From: Eledone cirrhosa
Taxonomy: Eukaryota
NCBI GenBank assembly: GCA_964016885.1
Contig: OZ024742.1
Location: 302,374,001-302,438,000 of the forward strand
Reading direction: 5' to 3'
DNA length: 64,000 nucleotides
The notes below the pieces were generated by a model. It made no database searches, was not told the origin of the DNA, and worked only from the letters and a program-made list of their open reading frames with translations. This document shows, in pieces, positions 55,824 through 64,000 of this stretch (position 1 is the stretch's first letter; each line of letters opens with the position of its first letter). Position numbers and translations under genes: made by a program.

Positions 55824-56017
55824 CAGACCTGCCAACCTCTAAACCCCAAACAGGGAGTGCCATGAAAAAATGTCCCCCAAAACGGGGAGAAATGAGGCAA
55901 AATGGGGAGATTTTACACAATGAAAGCTATACCCATTTTCACAAGAGAATACATCTCTCACTCACGCCAAAGTGGGTGGGAGATATCCCCATCGGACGGG
56001 AATAGTTGACAGATCTG
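55824..56017. mobile_element. MITE with 13-bp TIRs and apparent 6-bp TSD
   Basis: cagacctgccaac / gttgacagatctg; ttgatt on both flanks. Confidence 0.6.
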
Positions 56018-57407
56018 TTGATTAAACAGTCCTTTGAGCACAGGTGTTCCAGCCGGCATTAACGCGTTTTCATTGGGTATCTAAAACTATATCTAACAGG
56101 TTGAACGACCACATAGATTGTTTCGTTGTTCAGTTGTCAAAGCAGATGTTGCAGTGGCAACATCTAATCAAGTCAACTCTCATCAAGCAAACATATTATC
56201 AAAAGGTATTCCGGTTGTGGCAATCCCACCTATTTTTGTTTCTCAGACACATTGTGTCTAGTATCACATTCTCCAATGTGTCCTATTCTAAAGAGGATAA
56301 GGCATAATATAAAAGATGTGGGTACTATTTCTAGCAGGTCGAATAACCACGGGGAGACTCGTTAAACTGACTTGTTAAACTGTTGACGAGATGTTGACGA
56401 AATGTTGATGAGATGTTGACGAGATAGACATATAATCAGTGAATCATCGTCTGCTATTTTATTTTATCGACTGGCTGGTAATTATTAATCTATCGACCCG
56501 GGAATAATGAAAGGTAAATCCGATTCTGACTGGAATTGATCTCAGGCCGTAAATCATTCAATTATTTTGTCGGCTGTTCAAATGTTTCTGTCAACGATAC
56601 ACTGTCCTATCGAGAACATCAGCAAGAAGAAAAATTTATCGAAATGATTTTGTCTGCGATAACATTTTTAAAGACCATCTACTGTCGTAAAATAACCAGT
56701 TGATTGATGAGGTCGCAGAAAGTAGTAGAGAGTTCTGAAAAATGTAGATGCAGCATGGCCGAATGGTTAAGGAGGTCGCTTAGCAACCATTAGATCTCAG
56801 ATTCGATCTAATTGCGTGGCATATTGCAAATTGGCTAGACGGAATCTATTTCGAAGTCTGTTAGATGGAGAGTACCTATAATTGTAATTCAAAGCGTCAG
56901 ATTTATCACACACCCTGTCACGTTGAATCCCCCTAAGAATTACTTTAAGCGTACACGTGTCTGTGGAATTCTCAGCTGCTTACTCTCTGGCTGTTCCGTT
57001 GATCGAATAACGGGAACATTCACCGTCGAAATCGACGGAGGTCCAACAAACAATATCGATTTGATTGATGAGGTCGCAGAAAGTATTAAAAAATAGTAGA
57101 AAGTAGTGGAATATTCGGGAAAAAAGAAGTTAAAATAAAAAAGGAAAGATTATAGAGATAGTGAAATTGTCTTTTAGTTGAAAATTATGTTTCTGTTTTT
57201 TGAGAAACAGAGCGATTTTTTTGCATTATTTAAAATGCCAGGTACAACTTTGACTGCTGTGCATATGAAGTGTGTGCGCATACGTACATATATACATGCA
57301 TATATGTGCGTATATATGCATATATATATACATATATAAATACATATGTCTACATATAATATATGTATGCATATATGGCTATATATATGTGTATGTATGT
57401 ATGTATG

Positions 57408-57449
<42 letters not shown>

Positions 57450-57468
57450 CATACACACACACACACAG

Positions 57469-57513
<45 letters not shown>

Positions 57514-57582
57514 AATATTTCTGTATGTATATGTACATATACATACACATACACATACACATACATACGCATATACATACAT

Positions 57583-57685
<103 letters not shown>

Positions 57686-57906
57686 ATTAGTGACAGACAT
57701 AGAGACACGTAGGTTGAAATAAACGAGAAATGGTTATGTTAGATAAGATAAAGGTAGAAGGAACATGCAACTTGGAAATGTAGGTGTGAGTTGTTTGGTC
57801 CACATATAGGTTTTTGTGGTTATATGACTGATTGTCTGAAAGATATAGAGAAGCAATACTCGGTACTTTTAGAAAGTAAATATATCTGCAGTTTGTGTTA
57901 TATATA

Positions 57907-60138
<2,232 letters not shown>

Positions 60139-60319
60139 AAAGGTAAACAGGAATAACAACACAATCAGTACAGTATATGGAAGGTATATATTAGGTTAAC
60201 GCTTGATATAGCAGGAAGAATATATATATATATCAAATGAAAAAAACGGAGATAAAGACTCGCGTTAATCCCCTGCAATTTTATGAGGTCAAGGAAAAGT
60301 TTCTGGGCTCTTCATAATA

Positions 60320-60888
60320 CATTATATAGAGAAGAAAACACAAAAAGGGTATGTTTTCAGTTACAAGGGGTATAGAACCACTATAGTGAAGAACATACGA
60401 TCTACGAAAAGTGGGGAAAACACATAATAATCAAAAGGTAAAATTAAAATGTAAAAAGCCCACATTTATAACTATAACAAATGAACATCCCCCCAAAAGA
60501 GTATGTTTCGCCAAACAGTGTTGGTACGATACCTTCTCATGGTTTGTCAACAGGTGTAGAGAAGATATAGCCAACACGTCTAAAGAGATTTCAGACAACT
60601 GAATAAAAGCACATGGTGAGAGAAAATGAAACATGTGCGCTAGACCGTATATAGTGGGCTCAGTGGATTAAGAAACCGCTAGAAATGGCAGCCTATAACC
60701 ATTCAACATAGAAAGCTCAACTAACGAAGAAATTAGGAGCACAAATATCAAATAAAAAAACGAGATAAAGACTCGCGTTAATCCCCAGTAATTTTATGAG
60801 CTCAACATGGTAATTCTCCACTATAGTGGTTTTATACCCCTTGTAACTGAAAACATACCCCTTTTTGTGTTTTCTTCTCTATATACTG

Positions 60889-60893
<5 letters not shown>
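60320..60893. repeat. Inverted repeat (~75-bp arms) overlapped by a ~57-bp direct repeat
   Basis: tatagagaagaaaacacaaaaagggtatgttttcagttacaaggggtata inverted at ~60815-60893; gataaagactcgcgttaatcccc at ~60250 and ~60764. Confidence 0.8.
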
Positions 60894-60946
<53 letters not shown>

Positions 60947-61074
60947 GTGTGGGGACTCTGAAGGCTGAACTCTTGCCATTTCAACAGGTAGTTCCACATT
61001 CTACTACCCCAAGTATCGAGTACTCTTGTGAGTAATGGTCTAACAGGTTTTTACTGCATACATTCTGATTTATA

Positions 61075-61122
<48 letters not shown>

Positions 61123-61126
61123 AACC

Positions 61127-61275
61127 TATTACCCACTCTACTACCCCAAGTATTGAGTACTTTGGTGCGTTATGGTCCACCTGGTTCCTTACCACATTTC
61201 CTTCGTTATATATATATATATATTTATATATTTATATATTTATATATATATTATTTATATATATATATTTATATA

Positions 61276-61366
<91 letters not shown>

Positions 61367-61370
61367 TACT

Positions 61371-61429
<59 letters not shown>

Positions 61430-61577
61430 TATATAAATATATATATATAAATAATATATATATAAATATATAAATATATAAATATATATATATATATAAC
61501 GAAGGAAATGTGGTAAGGAACCAGGTGGACCATAACGCACCAAAGTACTCAATACTTGGGGTAGTAGAGTGGGCAAT
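61127..61577. repeat. 450-bp palindrome of the family C tail plus microsatellite
   Basis: Arms mirror even the interruptions within the (TA)n tract. Confidence 0.9.
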
Positions 61578-61679
61578 ATACCGTATGTTTAATTAAACAA
61601 ATTTTGAAGACCTTGCGCTATCATTTTAAAGTAGTGACTATGACACTTACTTGTTTTTTCGGCAAAGTAAGGGAGAGAA

Positions 61680-61720
61680 GCTGACAGATTCTGTTTCACA
61701 CTGTTGGTATTCCTCAGAGC
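61680..61720 (-). ncRNA. Type I hammerhead within a ~316-bp partial tandem repeat
   Basis: gct-CTGAGGA-atac caaca gtgt-GAAA-cag aat ctg-TC-agc; ~85-bp direct repeats at ~61577 and ~61893. Confidence 0.65.
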
Positions 61721-62080
61721 AACGCACTCCCCACCTCTGCCGAAAATTATAGAGGCTGGATTCTTATAGAATTCCAGTAATAATCAGGAACTGATTATAC
61801 AGAGCGATTGCCGGTCCAGCAAAAATTAAAAATTAGGATTGGTTCTCTGAAATAGCGATGTATACATGAATGTATGTATAGTATATTTGGTAATATACCG
61901 TATGTTTAATTAAAAACATTTTGAAGACCTTGCGCTATCATTTTAAAATAATGACTATGTCATTTACTTCTTTTTTCGGTTGAGGTATCTTGTCTCTAAC
62001 GCGAAGAAATACCTATGGTTCCTAGCAGACAACTGACGGTGGATATTAATTACCCTTTTTCACCCGTAACTTTTATTTTC

Positions 62081-62123
<43 letters not shown>

Positions 62124-62331
62124 CGTTTCTGAATTTGTTTAGCAAGATTCTTTATCTGAAAACGTGTGTTGAAACCGATATTGTTATACTTTGGGAGGGT
62201 CATGTTGCCAATAAGAAACACACGCACCAGTTACTTTTACTTCAATTTATTATAATAAATTTATAAATTTAGGAATTTATAAATTTCCGGTTGGTTGGTT
62301 GGTTCCACAACCAGATGGTTGTTTATATATT

Positions 62332-62374
62332 GTCAAAGTTCTTTCGTCACACATTCTGTGACCTCTTCAGTGAC
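62332..62374 (-). ncRNA. Minimal hammerhead, family G (in a longer copy from ~62180)
   Basis: Exact reverse complement of 19251-19293. Confidence 0.6.
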
Positions 62375-62836
62375 TGGGGATTCTTTTCTTTGTTTTTGTG
62401 CCTCTCCTTTGTTCTGTCCTACGCCATCTTGTTTCTGTGTGTGTGTTGTGTGCTCAGTCTGCGCATGCGCCACATCCGGGTGTCTGTGTGTGTTTATATT
62501 CGTTTATTTATTTGTTTATTTACATGTTACTGATTGGTTGTTTGTTCTATGTGTGTGTTTTCATTCTGTCCTTAATTGTAAGTTGTGATGTTGCTGTTCC
62601 ACTCATGTTTTCTATTTAATTTTGGTTGGAGTTCATTTATATTTATTGCCTCTGTGATTTGTCTAAACATTGCGTCTTTTCTGTGTGTAGATTCTATTTT
62701 TATTTCTATGTTCTTTAATTTACCCTTATGTTCTATTTTAGCATGTTGGTAGAGTACAGATGATTCTTTACTATCGTTTGCTTTTTACCCCTTTGAATTG
62801 AAGTTTACCGTTTCTACAGATTATAGATAATATAAT

Positions 62837-63020
62837 TGTTTCTACTTTAGGCACAAGGCCAGAAATTACTCAGTGCATTACTGGTACTTTATTTTATCGA
62901 CCCCGTAAGGATGAAAGGCAAGTCAACCTCGGCGGGATTTGAACTCAGACCGTAAAGGGACGTAACTATGCTGGAAAGCATGGCGTCCGACCCTCTACCG
63001 ATACTGCCAATCCACCGCCT
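62837..63020 (-). mobile_element. Nin/Deu-domain SINE
   Basis: Near-consensus copy. Confidence 0.9.
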
Positions 63021-63309
63021 ATAATCCACAGATTATAGATAATATAATATAGGATAGAACCTCCCTTAATGCCGTGCGTACACGCCTGACTGGCTTGGCA
63101 TCCCCAGGTTAGTCTGCCTTCTTCCCCTTCCCCCTTATATTTCGGCCTGTTTATCACCCCACCGCCATGAAGGTAATAAACTATGTACACGACATCCTAG
63201 ATCACTGACCACTCCCCGTGACGGACAAGAAAAACAACAAACTTTTATGACTTTTTGCTTAGATTTATTTTTCTTTTTTTCTTTGACTGCATGCCCATAT
63301 ATGGACTGT

Positions 63310-63381
63310 ACCCCTTGATAAGTTCAGCTGGATTCCCGCCGTTCCAATACTGCTGGCTCAGTTCGGATCTAGCTGTCGTAA
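63310..63381 (+). ncRNA. 5' half of the family C hammerhead (U3-A8 core)
   Basis: acccc-TTGATAA-g ttcagctggatt...ggatctagctgtc-GTAA; cagttcggatctagctgt is shared with the family C copy at ~36794. Confidence 0.5.
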
Positions 63382-64000
63382 ATATTGAGTGTGAAGAATC
63401 AGAGAAGTGAGGCTGAGTGGAGAAGAGGATGAAAGGGAGAGGAAGAAAAGAGGAAAGAATCAGAGATAATTATTAGGCCTTATATTTCAGATATACCGTC
63501 CATTGTCATGGTATCTGAAGTGAACCACGGGGAATGTCGGAGAGGACCTTTTTGTGCCTCTGTGTGGCTCGTGTTGGAGTTAGAAATTGAATATTCAAAG
63601 GTGAGAGAGCACTCAAGCTGAGATATGTGAAGGTTTAACTTCCAATAAAATATAAGCGTTTACACGTATGCACACCGATACACACGAATACCCCCTACAC
63701 GCACACAAATACACACAAACATACACACAAACACATTATACGTATTTTAAATGTTCCTGAATGTGTACGTATCTAATTCACCATACATATAAGTATAAAT
63801 ATGCGTAAATGCCTGTGCCAACATTTGTATGAATTCGTCTAAATGTGTAGGAGTGTACGCGCACTCGTGTGTATGTGTGAGTGAATGAATGCGTGCATGT
63901 TCATGTATGTATGTATGTATGTATGTATGTATGTATGTATGTATGTATGTATGTATGCATGCATGTATATATAAGTATGTATGTATGTGTGCATGTATGT

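Overview
AT-rich, repeat-saturated animal genomic DNA with no recognisable host gene. The SINE families and microsatellite content suggest an octopod cephalopod (inference). The window holds microsatellites, a 69-bp satellite (5.5-10.8 kb), tRNA-derived SINEs, and a cluster of non-LTR retrotransposons sharing (TAA)n tracts (one Tx1/L1-type, two R4/Dong-type; 23.2-35.6 kb). It also holds RTE fragments, a Penelope-like GIY-YIG fragment, MITEs, a non-autonomous Helitron, a Tc1/mariner relic and a non-coding LTR element with a perfect tRNA-Trp primer-binding site. The main signal missed by the ORF track is a dense set of type I hammerhead ribozyme (HHR) motifs: about 20 intact or degenerate copies from roughly ten unrelated sequence families. 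They include a 560-bp head-to-tail repeat with one HHR per unit (retrozyme-like, predicting a ~560-nt self-cleaved, possibly circular RNA), fold-back Penelope-type termini in (TA)n, and cores with a compensatory U3-A8 pair. All structures were folded by eye; none was tested computationally or experimentally.
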